A program made the translations under genes and the position numbers. This document shows, in pieces, positions 14,136 to 27,138 of a DNA stretch of 64,000 nt. This DNA comes from Phoronis australis. Its lineage: Eukaryota > Animalia > Phoronida. Within the stretch, counting starts at the first letter, position 1. Every line of letters begins with the position of its first letter. The stretch lies in NCBI GenBank assembly GCA_002633005.1, contig NMRA01000341.1, positions 265,474 through 329,473 on the forward strand, in the 5' to 3' direction. The notes beneath the pieces are model-generated. The model worked only from the letters and a program-made list of their open reading frames with translations. It had not been told where the DNA came from and made no database searches.

Positions 14136-14362
14136 AGATGCGGAGAACAATGTCAATGCTAAAATGTACATCTTTCTATTGAATTTCTGAAATTTAATTA
14201 TTTGTCTTAAACAAGTAGAACTGCGTTGATCAACTTATTTAATTTGTCTGGCTTAGTCAATACTATCAATCACTATATCAGGCGACAGTCGACAATCGGG
14301 ATTTCTGTCGTCACATGCAGAGTTCATGCAACTGTTTTCGAAATCCTTGTTCTCACATGTCC

Positions 14363-15353
14363 CAGTGGCGGATCTAGGATATCACAAGGGGTGGCCAACA
14401 TTTTTTGTAAGCATTTGCGCTAACCACGATTGTAGATGCGCATAGCACCGAATGGGAGGGAGGTCGGAAAGGGGGTTTGCCCCTCCCGCCCAGGAAAATT
14501 TTCTGTTTTTTCCTCTAAAAACCAAGCATTTTCCTTGATTCTTGAAGTATTATCCAAGAAAAAAATGCAAAAAGAGGACGTGTCAAACAGGAAAAACTGC
14601 ACATACCACAGACTCAAACTCACGACCTGGCGGATTTAGCGCGCCGCGTGCTTTGCCACTACACCACCACGATTTAATTCCTTTTCTGATACTAAGAAAC
14701 CTACTTGTTTATGGTCCACAGCGTTTGCGCGCGAAACCTACTTCTTTTTGTAATGCTTATTACACGTTTTGTATTTTGTGCTCTCGGTTCGTAACAAATT
14801 TGTTGTATTTAAAATAGTCTTCAAATGCCCAAAAGACCAAATCCGTTTTTGGTGTTGGCAAAATGACGGGATTGCTTTGGAAATCGTCTTAAGTTAAGGT
14901 TTGACAAAGAGAGAATTATGAGTTTCTGAGTGATTCACTAAGGCTTCGATTAAAGTTCACGTCTTACCAGCAGCTTCTGTTTTTTTATCGTCACTCAGAT
15001 TCCATTTTCTTTAAAAAATGAAGTAAATTCTCTTCATTGCACAGTGGAGCAGACGACGGAAACGGAGTCGTAGTGCGCCGCGCCACTGCCGGTCGCCTGC
15101 GATAATGCGGGAGAGCCTATACTTAGCCATAGTTCCGTTACGATTGCGCCGTGTTCCGAATTTGACACTTGAAATTGGGTCTGAGCCCCACCCCCCAAAC
15201 ATTAAAATTGCGCACATTTAAATCTTGTTTCATCCGTATAATTTTAATAACCTTTATTAATTAATAAACTCAACATTTCCCTACGCTCTTGCTGTTATAT
15301 TTTTTTGGGGCAGCCAATGGGGGGGGGCGGCACCCCCCCTAAGTCCGCCTATG
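14363..15353 (+). mobile_element. ~0.95-kb non-autonomous DNA transposon family, copy 1 (hAT5-like)
   Basis: Ends cagtggcggatctag ... ctaagtccgcctatg; internal sequence shared with 31298-32108, 33529-34662 and 46356-47287; no coding capacity. Confidence 0.9.
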
Positions 15354-16408
15354 TAGTCCGTACCGTAAGACATCATAATCTAAACTCCAGGATGGCGTAT
15401 ATTTATCAGGCTACAAAGTTACCACAACTCGTAAAATGTTGTGGGTAAACAAAGCGCCATATTTTAGTGTGCCTCAATTCTTTTAAGCTGTTTTCTAAAG
15501 TTTTTTTCAATCAATAGTAATCGAGAAAGGTGCTTCGGAAATATATTAGCGTTTTTATTGATGTTGCTTCTCACAAACACACTTTTTTCTCACCCGTTGG
15601 AAAAAAACAGGAGCATAGCACAACACTCGTGCTCGTGTCCTTCACCCGTAATGTGCAACAGTGGTGTTTTATCAGAGCTAACCACAACATCTGCTGTGCC
15701 TGTGCTCAAATTGCCTTCCTAAATAAAAGTTCTCATCGTTGTCTTTATTACCAATATGAATTCTTGTGGTCGACGGCTTAACTTTAACAACTTTCTTGAA
15801 TTTTGATATAAATTGATAACAAAACACGTTCTCGTATTCTCCACCTCCAAGCACTTACCACGCGACCACGTATACCAGTGAGAGCTATCAGTTGGTTTCT
15901 TTTGCCTCCTGTTAGTCTAAAGATATTGTTCTAATTAACTGCTTACAATTAAAATATGCGCCCAAGTTGAAAATGAGGTTTTACAAAGTACGATTCCATA
16001 CTCAAGTTCACATTTGATTACTGAGTACAGGTGTTATGTATGTCCAACAGCCACTTATCATAGGATTAAGATAACCCTAGAAAAACATGTTGACCTCATA
16101 AAAGTAACATGTGCACGCGAGCGCGTGGATAGCTCAAAAAGATATCGCATTTTCCGAATCAAATACCATTAGTCACCCCGACAGGGCCTATTTATAAAGA
16201 TTGAACTTGATGTGCTAATAGTTTATAAAAGTTTGGTACAGTGTTCTTAGTTCATTTTCAGGACAAAACTATTCATAACCATAACATATGTAACGAAAAA
16301 CTTGTTTCGAAAGCTATGCTATAAATCAAAGTTCATTAGATCTGAACAATTGTTCAATTTAAACAAAAAATGATGAAGATGAACCGCTACGTTACCTTTT
16401 CCTCAGTG

Positions 16409-16744
16409 TTATCTTTTGAAAGGTGACAGGTGGGTAAAGAAAATTCTAGAGAAACCTCCAATAGCACTTCGAACATTTGTATCTGAAGATCCGCCCTTCA
16501 CGGCACTGCCGCGTCGTCTAAAATGACATCTTCGCCCCCCAGATGTCGGCTGGCATCGACAGCGGCAGAATCCAAATGGCGAATTTGGTGCCATCATGAT
16601 GCCACCGTTTAGGCAACTATCTGTGCACAACGGAAACTGTCTGCTGGGGTAAGCCACTGCAGTGTGCAGAAGAACGAGGGAAATCAAGGTGCAAATGCAC
16701 CAACTCCTCGCTGTGTCTGTTGACAATCCAACGAAAATCTTCAT
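16409..16744 (-). CDS. Small secreted EGF-like peptide precursor (111 aa)
   Basis: Hydrophobic signal segment ending AVA|YP; six-Cys module CTDSCLNGG...FCRCRCQPTSGGRRC; RRR basic site directly after it; likely 5'UTR splice acceptor (ttttcag) at ~16848. Confidence 0.75.
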   Translation of the reverse strand: MKIFVGLSTDTARSWCICTLISLVLLHTAVAYPSRQFPLCTDSCLNGGIMMAPNSPFGFCRCRCQPTSGGRRCHFRRRGSAVKGGSSDTNVRSAIGGFSRIFFTHLSPFKR

Positions 16745-19700
16745 GAGTTCATCAGATATCCGTTTAAATAGTTGAAATTACTGCTGTGTGTTCCCTCTCA
16801 TCAGCTCATACAAGCCCCTGAGAGTGAAGTTATCTTTTTCGCAGGCTGAAAACGTTTTTGATAAACGTGTGGTAAATCAGCCGGTTAAATATCTCTCGCT
16901 GAAATAGTGATTAATTACATCAATTGGTAGCACCGCCTACATCCAGACTCGAGTGCCTCGTTGCTCACCAAAAGCTAATTATTTTTCGATAAACCAGCAA
17001 TATTTTGCTCTTATCACCATAGAGAGACTGCGCTTTGCCAATTTTCTACCATGAGTATATGACAATACTGTGGCCCCAAAACCAGGATAGGATGATGAAA
17101 TAAGGTCACAGACCAGCCAATCAACTCCCATGCGGATTTGATGTTTAAGCATTTCGAGTTGAATGAACGCATTTTATGATAGAAGCCCACATAAATGCGA
17201 GAAAACAGCTTGGCAAATCAACCAATGAAAAAAAAAGTATTTGGACCACACGTCTGTGAAATATCGATCCATTCAACCGTGCTACTGACATCGATCAACA
17301 TAGTAACTTTCATTCATGATTTTCAAATTTTGACTGAGCACAAATTCAGCTGTCTGTCTCACGACTGCTTGTACGTCGGAGTTGAGCAAAATAAGGTCAC
17401 CGTGTCTACGCGTTGTCGTTGTGCGTAATACCATCATTACATTTCACAACTGAATGAAGACACTAAGTGTGTGTGTGTGTGTGCAATAATTGTCATCGTG
17501 AAAAATTCGGCGAGAACCAGACTGTCATGGTTACAAACACAGTTACTTTCTTCCATGTTAAACACTGATCACCCAACTGAGAATGACTGAGATAGGAAGC
17601 CGCTGGTTGGATCCAGCATATGCTCGAGATTCCATGTCAGTCAGTGGGCTTTCAGAACTAAGAAAACTTTGATTAAAAATCTTCATCGTACCATACTTAA
17701 TAAGCAGCAGTAATACATATGAAAAGAGCTTAGCTCGTGTTTTTCTCTTTTAACCAACAACGTATTCACAGTTGTATAAAAACATATGGAAGATTGATTA
17801 TTCGCACTCAGCAGCGTAGAAGCTGCTTAGTACGTGCTTTAAATCACGAATATGCATTATGGAATTGAAAAACTACGGTGAAAGGTGGATTTAACAACAC
17901 TAAAATTTGGGAAACGATTTCCCTGAACGTTACGGGGTGCCATCTAAGTAGCAGAGGAAGTCATCTTAATTCACAGACGCACCCAATGAACCCTTGATCT
18001 AAAATTTCGATTACAAAATACGTCTCAGGTTGCACGAATTGGCTTTTGTTGGCCAAAGTTTTGCAATGAATTCGTTTACCAATGAAAAGCAAAGGTAATT
18101 TCAATAGTGAGTACACAGAAGTACAAATAACTAAAACACTCATTTACAAAATGGGATATTTGATCGCGAGCCAGCCCGTTCAATGAGAAAGAAACTCTAC
18201 GTTCAAAAAGACTCTAGGTCAGCGGCGTAGCCCTACTTGGAGCACGAGAAGATTTTTTTGTTTATAAACAAACAGTCGAAACTGGTAAAGGGAAACTCAC
18301 AGAAGGTGTCTGTGACTCGCACACGCGCGTGAGACCGGTGGAAAATGTCCAAGCTCGATGTTTTGATAGCTAATTACAACTCAAAGGTTCGCAAATTGGT
18401 TCATCTCTGTCTGAGTAGATTCGCAAGACCCCTGCAGCGAAGTGTGCAGAAGCCATGGGACATTTCTCATTATTAATGTTTTTTCTTAATACACACGGGA
18501 TACGGTGGAGAGGGTGAATTGTACGATCAGCTTAATTAGACACATCTGATGTTGTTTTATTGTTTTAATTATAAAATACAGCGTGATAACCAAGTAGACG
18601 CACAGCTACCAGATGTTAGTCTATAACCTGCTTACAAGTGTTTCCCACTGCAGTCGGTTTGGTTTCCATTAAAGCCACACACGGCGTTATTAAACCAAAA
18701 TTTCATGTTTTGAGGCTAGGCATATGCTTCCAACTAATCATTGTACATTTCTATGGCAGCCAGTACGTGTACGTACATTCCTAAGAACAAGGATAGGCAT
18801 TGAAACATATTTTTAAATGTCACCTAGACATTGTTTATAGGCAAAACACGTGATGCCTTGAATATTAAGTTCAAACACAACATTTTGTTCTTCGATTGCT
18901 GCTGGTGACCAACTGAAACCTAACAGAATGAAACTCTCAGTCACACGCACGCACGCACGCAAGCACGCACGCACGCACACATATGTAGTGCAAAACACAT
19001 TACTCGTATCACTACTACATCGGGACATGCACGCAACGACGACTACTGCCATGTTTTTGATTTTGCGATTGACGTTAAGATAACTGTTTTACTTTCCAAG
19101 ATTTTTCTATGGGGTAGGGGTTCAAACGCGGTATTTTTGGCGTGATAATCGACTCAAACTTATTTAACTTTAATTTGAAGTTGCAGATTTCTGGCTCACT
19201 CAGTAGACTAGGCCTACTCTGACAGAGGGCTCGATAAAACATCAAAACTGCTTCAAACCCAACTTCCGTCACAAAAACTATCGTGAAAGATTGGCTAACA
19301 ACCGCTTTTAGTCACGTTTCTTTCCGTCTATGTATTTCTTTATTTTTCTCGAATAATACGCACGTTTCGATATTGAATATGAGTTTACACTTTACCTTCA
19401 AAACATTCTATTTTGTACCCATAAAACCATTAACTGATGTTTAACAGTCTTCTGTTAGTATGAGACAACGGAAGTGCGTTATTGGCAAGCATTGACCTTT
19501 TTACGGTTTGAAATCTGAGAGATATCTACAATGAATGGTCGCGGGACATTGTTTTTTCAACAGAATGAAACCAACCAATAAAACCAAAGAGCGTAACCTA
19601 CATTTTTAGCTACCAGATGAGGAAGCATGAAGGTACACGTGACGGCGGGAGGTTAAGGTAAGAGACGGGCCGCAAACATCGTCAGACATCAGTGTCCATA

Positions 19701-19769
19701 CTGGTCAATATATTACGTATAATATATTCTCAAAATAATGATGACTGGTCCCTGAGACGGTCTAATTAA

Positions 19770-20274
19770 GGGTATGTAGGACTCTAAGAAAAAAATGTTC
19801 TATTTTGGCCAACTTCTGAACGTCTCCAAAAGAGGATGGATTCGTCATGCTCTGTTCTCCAAAACATTACTAGAGGGAATTGTGTTTAAATTGATCTATG
19901 TTGCATGAGGGCCTATCAAAATAGGACTTATAACTTTTATTGAGATGATGAAAAGTTGCATGAAACAAAAACGAAAAAACAACTTAGGAAACTGGAACCG
20001 CGTACAACGCTTTTTGAGATTTCATCTTGAACATTTATATTAAACGAATTTGGTCATGTGATTGATACCGTTCATTTGCTATGATTACACCATTCCTTTG
20101 CTAAATTTTACTAAAAAGACGTCGTTACGTGACTCAGTGAATGTCACACTGGTATATGTCAAAACATCTACAAAATTTCTGCTTTCAGAAATCACGTGCT
20201 TTTCATTAGTTTTCTATGGTTTTGTAGGTATTTTTCTGATTGCACAGAGTTGTCGAAAAGGTCCTACACCACCC
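19770..20274. mobile_element. TTAA-flanked non-autonomous element (Kolobok-like MITE)
   Basis: ttaa-gggtatgtaggac ... gtcctacaccaccc-taa; shares internal blocks (catgaggg..atcaaa, ttttgagatttcatcttga, tggtcatgt, ttgctaaatttta) with 26596-27138. Confidence 0.7.
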
Positions 20275-20374
20275 TAAGCCTTGCTAACAGCAAGATTTTT
20301 AAACTCCAGTTTACCCTAAATAAAGCATAACTTTAAAGGAGTGTACATGTATGGAATATCATTTCAAGCAATTT

Positions 20375-20376
<2 letters not shown>

Positions 20377-20461
<85 letters not shown>

Positions 20462-20601
20462 NNNNNNNNNNNNNNNNNNNNNNNNNNNNNNNNNNNNNNN
20501 NNNNNNNNNNNNNNNNNNNNACACACACACAAACACACACACACAAACGCACACTCACGCACACGCACACGCACACGCATACGCACACGCACACACACAC
20601 A
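20377..20601. repeat. (CA)n microsatellite spanning a gap, grading into (CACGCA)n
   Basis: Direct reading. Confidence 0.95.
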
Positions 20602-23600
20602 TTTGTTTTATAGCTGTTCAAACTGAACCACTTTCTTCCGGTCAACATGTAGGGAGTGCCCCTTTAACTACATCAGCTGCTGTTCCATTAAGATCACAAG
20701 ACATCAAGTGCATTAAGGAGCAGTTTTTTAGGTAATTTTTTCCGAATAATTTGATCGAGTTAGCAGCTTTAAAATCACACTTTATCTGACTTGCATTAAT
20801 AATTCGCTCTAGAGAACGAAGACAACTTTAATTTCGCAGTTAAACCCATATTTAGATGTATTGTGTCCTTCGGGAATATGCATTAACAATATCATCAATG
20901 CAAACTTATTTATTGTCTGCTGGCTTCAGATGCATTAAAAACCAATCGGTACAATTAAGTGGGACCTAAATTTAAAAAAATCGAAAGTTCAATGATTCAA
21001 GTGACTGAATATTTTAAATATGCATGATTGTCGATTCTAGGTTTATCGACATTTTCAAATTAGTAATACGGGAAAAGATAATTAATGGGATGCACTCGAG
21101 TTCAAAGGTCATTAAACCACAATAAACCATGTACAAGTTCAACCTTTCGACAATTTAATTCAGTTAATGAAAAAAATGACACAGCGCCTTGCAAACAAAA
21201 ATTAAGCAGTGCTAATTTGTTAAGTATGAAATTCCTGAAAAAGAAAATATTGCTATTGTCACATCACCAAAACTATGAGTCAAATTTCAAATATTGAAAT
21301 TCCATTTATAACAAAACAACTGTTAGACTGAACTTTAAAGTGACATTGTTATTATTTTCTGAAATCAGCCCAACGCGGATTCTAACCTGGAAGTTTCAGT
21401 TCGCGGCCGCTGTCGAACGCTCTTCTAACGAACTCAATCGCACTCGATATATGGCAAGGTATCTGAAGCACATGTCTGGCTGACATTGGCAAGAATTGGC
21501 GATTTGAAAGCCTAAACAGAAGATCTCTTTTAAAAGTTTTCAGTAAGAATGGTTGCTTTGGTGTACCTTTAAAGAAAGTAAGTTTGACTAGAAGGCGTGA
21601 TCACGTAACAATAATAGCAGGAGACTGTTTAGACATCTATTTCACTCTCTTTTGTCCTTTTTCTTTCAGGGAATCTTCTCACTCGATGGCACAGGTAAAA
21701 GTTCACTGTTGACGGAGAGTGGTCGATAATCAATTTTCTAGGGAAGAACGATCGCGTTAGCTCTGAAAACGGCATGCCGATGGACTATTTCTGATTAGTC
21801 TTGCCTAGAGGAGTCAACCCTCTACTGTGTCAGTACAGTAGGACACGGATAATCTTCCCCCGCTAGCCCTACCAGTTTACCGTCTGAAATGTATAGAAAA
21901 GTTGGTAAAATATTTATTCTTTCGTAGTGGCGGGAAGAGCTTATTTTTGTTGCTAAATATTTTATTTTTGCAGCCGTCAGATTGCAACGCAAATGTCGCA
22001 CTAGCGCTTGTATTTTACAGTTGCGTTGAGGTACACAGACTTAAGTTTAATTTACACACCCCATAACTTGAGATCTCTTTCCTTATAATCTTAGTCTTAT
22101 CTGTGTTCTTAATTCCTGTCTCACAAATGGTTTTATTGGGGAGCTTGCCTCTTGATAGCAAAACTGGCCATTGAACACATCACAGTGTGGTTTGTCATAT
22201 TTTTTCTACTGAAGTAATTATGATCGAAAGCGAATTGTCAAGAGATGGTTATATTTCGAGATATAGATGTACACGTATCAATCTTCTCACTTGTATTTTG
22301 TTATAATCATCGGATGATCGTTGGGTTTGCTATACAGTATAACTACACAACAGCAAATAATTTCGTACACCATGATTTTGAGCAAATATGTACAAAAGTA
22401 GATAAGAGACAAAAAAGGTGTGTGTGTGTTTGTGGGCGCCCATAAGAACAAAACATTTCATCGAGTTTTGTTTGAAAGGGCGTATGGCTCGAAAGACTGG
22501 CTGTCAGAACTGGTGATTCTTCGAACTGGTGCGACTGCGACACCGACGGCTTACTGAACAATGTGAGCCCGGCATTGAGCTCGGTCGCAGGTCCCACGTA
22601 TTGTTAACAGCGTCCAAGGCTAAAGAATGTTAGCTACTGAACTGTAAGGTTTCAACTGTTTAGAAAAACGTCAAACTAGATTTCGGACATCGAGAGCTTC
22701 GAATTAGAATTAGTTGCTCAGTTGATGTCTGTCAACGCGCTCACTAAATCCAACAAGGCATTATAGCAATAAAAGTAGTTCAAACTCGACTGAAAGCCAA
22801 TGAAAGCGCAGGGTTATAAAATCACTGGATGATCTGATTAAGATAACATTTCCTGGTATCTCAAAATGACAATATCTACACATATGAAATGTTACCACAG
22901 GAAGGGTCTTAACTAACACGCCAACACTTAGAAATAGATTATGTTCCAGTTAGCCTTTAGCTCATGAATAGGAACATACCTATATATATATAACTTTTAC
23001 GTCGAGAAAATTTTAGTTCATTGCTCACTAGTATATATCTAGTTCATTGTAAATTAAGTCAATGTTGCCTCCGGCTATGATAAGGGTGGCTTGCCATCCT
23101 AAGAGCTTCGTCTTGCGCGTGACTACCGTACAACCGCCGATGGCTCCGAACATAATAACATATTGTGACAGATCGCCCGTTATTATTTCATCTGTTCGAG
23201 TCACAGTCGTGTCGTGGGATAAAAGACCACTTGTTGAATGTCTGAGATTGGAATAAAAACACGTGTGAAAATATTTATTGCTCACGACCATAACAAACGA
23301 CGCAGGTGAGCACTACATGCATAACAATGCCTCTTGATTTTCTTGTTTTACTAAACCAACACACGAAATGTCTGATTCGTTTTGTGAAGAGCAATTGTTT
23401 GGAAAGTCACCCGACATAGACTAAATCCAGATATACGTTTCACGTAGAAAATGTGATAAAGCTAAAAGACCTACGCTATTAGAGAAAACACCGTATTCAA
23501 AGTAAACTGAGTCCAATCCTTTTCCGGAGACGTAACGAAATAGCGACGGATCTCTGGCCAAGTGGGGTCGCTCGCTATAAGTATGCTGCATTCTGGGAAT

Positions 23601-23929
23601 TGACGGTAAAGCTTATCACACCACAGAAACAGGATTTTCAGACCCAAGAATAACTTTTTTAGACCTAAATTTATTTTTATTTAATAGGCTCTAAACTTCG
23701 AGTTATATGTGTCCGAATCTCTGGTATTACAATCAAAACCTGTTTTCATCGGATAGAGAGTCAACCAAGCATAAGTGCATTCATTTCGGTTGGTAAGATA
23801 TACCTGCTTAGGCCTTACAAACGAATTTTGATCGACATTTCAACACACGTGCAAACTTTATACGGCAGCATGTATGTGTACAGACACTCACTAAATGTTT
23901 ATGATGGAGTTTTACACTAAATACTCACC

Positions 23930-24297
23930 CAGTGTTCGAACTTCAGCAAATAAAAGTGCTGGCCCGCCGGCCACTTAGTCTGAACAGTTACCGGTCCGGC
24001 TGCCAAGTTGCTGGTCTTGCCTTAAGTATCCTAATTAACTAATGAATGTACATGTACTTAAGAACTCTCATTTGTTTTGTTATTGCCCACAAGGTTCAAA
24101 AGTAAACTCGTTGGCGTTCAGGAGGTGAGAGGCAAGCAAAATTACCTTTTTTGAATTCATGCCATATGAGACCACATTCACATGGGCCTATATGTGAAAG
24201 TTATTGGGACGCAGGGCCAGTAATCTTTAAAAGTTACTGGCCTTGCCTTAAATCCACTTGCACCGGGCCACTGGGTCAGCGTTTATTTTGAACGCTT
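23930..24297. mobile_element. hAT-type MITE with degenerate 8-bp TSD
   Basis: Ends cagtgttcgaa / ttttgaacgctt; flanks tactcacc / tactcgtc. Confidence 0.6.
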
Positions 24298-25663
24298 TAC
24301 TCGTCGCATATTAATTATGTTAAGATCTAAAAGTTGCGTATATCCTCAACAAAGTAACAGGCAGAAAACTTGAATTTGTTACGTCAAAAAATCATCAGTC
24401 TTCGATGATATTTCTCTGGCAAAGCTGAAAAGTGAAAGACAACGGTTTGGTTTTATTCTAAGTAGAAATACAACTCTTCAGTTATCTTAGAGGAAAATTT
24501 CAGAGATAATTACCATTCTCCCACGGAATTTTGTGAATATTGTTTCCCTGTTCACTTTCATTGTGTTTGCCCAAAGACTGCAACTGCAAAAACAACCTGC
24601 AAGAAATCCTATTGTTGGGTCGCTACGTAATTGGTGTAACCGACAAAGTGATGAGACCCTGCATCTTTGTTTCCTTGTTCACTTTCTGATTGAAAAAAAA
24701 ACACAATGACGAAGGCGTAAGATGCAGGACCGCATTAATGTGCCGACTTTGCCTCTTCACTGTTATTGCATATATAGTTAAAAACAGCCGGTAATTAAAA
24801 CTGAAATACTTTTCTAAGAAAATCGCGGTTTAACATTTTCAAATCATAGGATTCTTGGTAAGTTATTAGGTGAGTTTGTTTTTTTAGGAGAAAACTGGTC
24901 ACAGGAGGTCAACAGCGGGACACCGACTTGGCAAAATGAATCAGTCTGACTCTCAGGTGCATGTGCGTATGTACAGAGTACTTCGCTGACATATCACTGC
25001 TGCAAACTGGTAGCGATACAACTACGTGATGACGTAGGCGGACGTGTGCTGTAGTAATTTCTGGTACTATCATACAATCTTGATGGAATACACAAACTTT
25101 ACGATGAAGTGACACATTTAAAAGTTTACATTATTGTCATTTCCTCCTCTTCATCGTCTGTCGTCGTATGAAAGATTTGAGACATATTTTTGTGCTTGTG
25201 TGTCCGGGGCTATAAACCCAAAAAGCAAAGTTGGTTCTACTTTATACCCCGATTCATTTCGAGACCTGCACTTATCGCCCGCATCAACTTCAGCCAAGCT
25301 CTGGTGTTTTTTCACCTGTCAAATGGCACGTAAGCAAGTGTAGTAAGCAAGGTTTGACACGCTATGATTAACCAAGCCATAAGTAAAATACGAACAAATC
25401 TTACATCAGTTTTGCTTGCGCCGGTTTAATTTTCCTTTCCGAAAAAGTGAGTAACTTAAAATACCGCACCACCATGTCGACTTTCAGACAAAAGAGAGAC
25501 AAGAACCAACGTCGTTTTTTGGCCTAATTTGCGTTTTATGGTCTGAGTTACATGTAGAATTTACATTTTGAAAATCTTTTTCTTTAAACGAAATACCTAA
25601 TGAGAGAGTCGTGTTTACGCAGTTAGTTTTGCATGGACAGTTTTAGCCGGCAACTCTCCATGG

Positions 25664-25927
25664 CAGAAGCGTGTAGAGGTTTGGTGATACCTGGAACAAT
25701 GCTTTTATTGGTTGCCCCTCTCTCTACCTAACTGCACGGACCCTAGAACTAAGGGAAGCAAAAATGAAACATAAAATAGAAACTTTATTCAATTAAACTA
25801 CAAATCAGTTGCAATTTTAAAAAGTTTACTCATAGTGACTGGATGTCCCCCCGATGTAGATGCCCACGGCCGTCGCCCCGTCGCTCCGTCGCCCCGTCGC
25901 TCCCGTCCCCCCTTCTGCACGCTACTG
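25664..25927. mobile_element. hAT-type MITE with 8-bp TSD
   Basis: Ends cagaagcgtgtag / ctgcacgctactg; flanks ctccatgg / cttcatgg; GC-rich ccgtcgcc subterminal repeats. Confidence 0.7.
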
Positions 25928-26595
25928 CTTCATGGGAGCCGGATAACTAGAATCTCCAATCGATCAATGATTGTTTCGATCGATGCTTAGATCGATGTGT
26001 CGATGGGCTAAGTGATTTTCAAGGAATAACTGAACAAAAATAAATATTGGTTCCTCAACAAAATTTCCGAATATACGCCGCGGAACCCTATTGATTTTTG
26101 TTGATACTTTTAAAGTCTTTGAGGATTCATCGGCATGCCGTCATTTTAGTTTTGCGAGTAAACAAATTTTAGGCACTAACCATTCATTGGGAAACAATCG
26201 AATTACGGCAACCCCCTGACCCCCAAAGAAAGCGATTTCCCTCAGTCCTTTGGTTTCCAAAAAAGGTCGTCGGAATTTCACGATTACACTAAAATTATTA
26301 ATCACAAATAAAATCATTCGGCATTAGCGAAAACAAAGACGAAGATTTGACTTCCGAGGGTTGTTTTGGTAAAATTTGTCAGGCCCGTGTGAACCCAGTG
26401 TTCGGTTAGTATTATTCGAAAACAGTCTCCGTGCATTTTCTGAATAATAGGCACTTAGTACATCGGCATTCCAAATAGTGTACCCATTGAGAATGCGAAC
26501 AGTCGCGTGGCAATCATAATCTTTATTTGATTTCTCAATACGAGAACAGGAAAGACGTCTGCGTTTTATCGGATGGTAACATACGGGTACCTTAA

Positions 26596-27138
26596 GTTTG
26601 TGTGGACTCTAGATATACGTACAAACTTGTCTGACTTCGGAACGTCACATGACAGAAACAGCTGATGAGATTCATATGAAGACTTTCACATATTTCATGC
26701 ACTGTTCTCTAAATACGTTGAAAGAATTTGCTTTTTTAAACGTTTTACTTTTGCATGAGGGTTATCAAAGTAAGACTTTTATGGTTCTCGTCAAAATGAA
26801 AGCTCGAATGTTTCATAAAAGGAACAAGGAATGATAATTCAGAAAACTTTAACGCAGTTTTTGAGATTTCATCTTGAGAATGCATACAAAACAAAATCTG
26901 GTCATGTTAGCAATGCCGGGTTTTGAAATCAATGAGCCTATCATTTTTGCTAAATTTTAATAAAGAGACACAGTTACGTAACCAAATTAAGAGCAATAAA
27001 AAGTAAAAAAGAAAAGAAAAGCTCTATAGGCGTTTTTTCTTTCAAAACTTCTGAAACATATAACTTTACTGGATCAAAGTCCATAGTTTTGCAGACGTAT
27101 GGCTAAATACAGACTTGTCAATTAGGCCCTAGTAAACT
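26596..27138. mobile_element. TTAA-flanked non-autonomous element (Kolobok-like MITE), relative of 19770-20274
   Basis: TTAA at both ends and collinear shared internal blocks. Confidence 0.65.
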
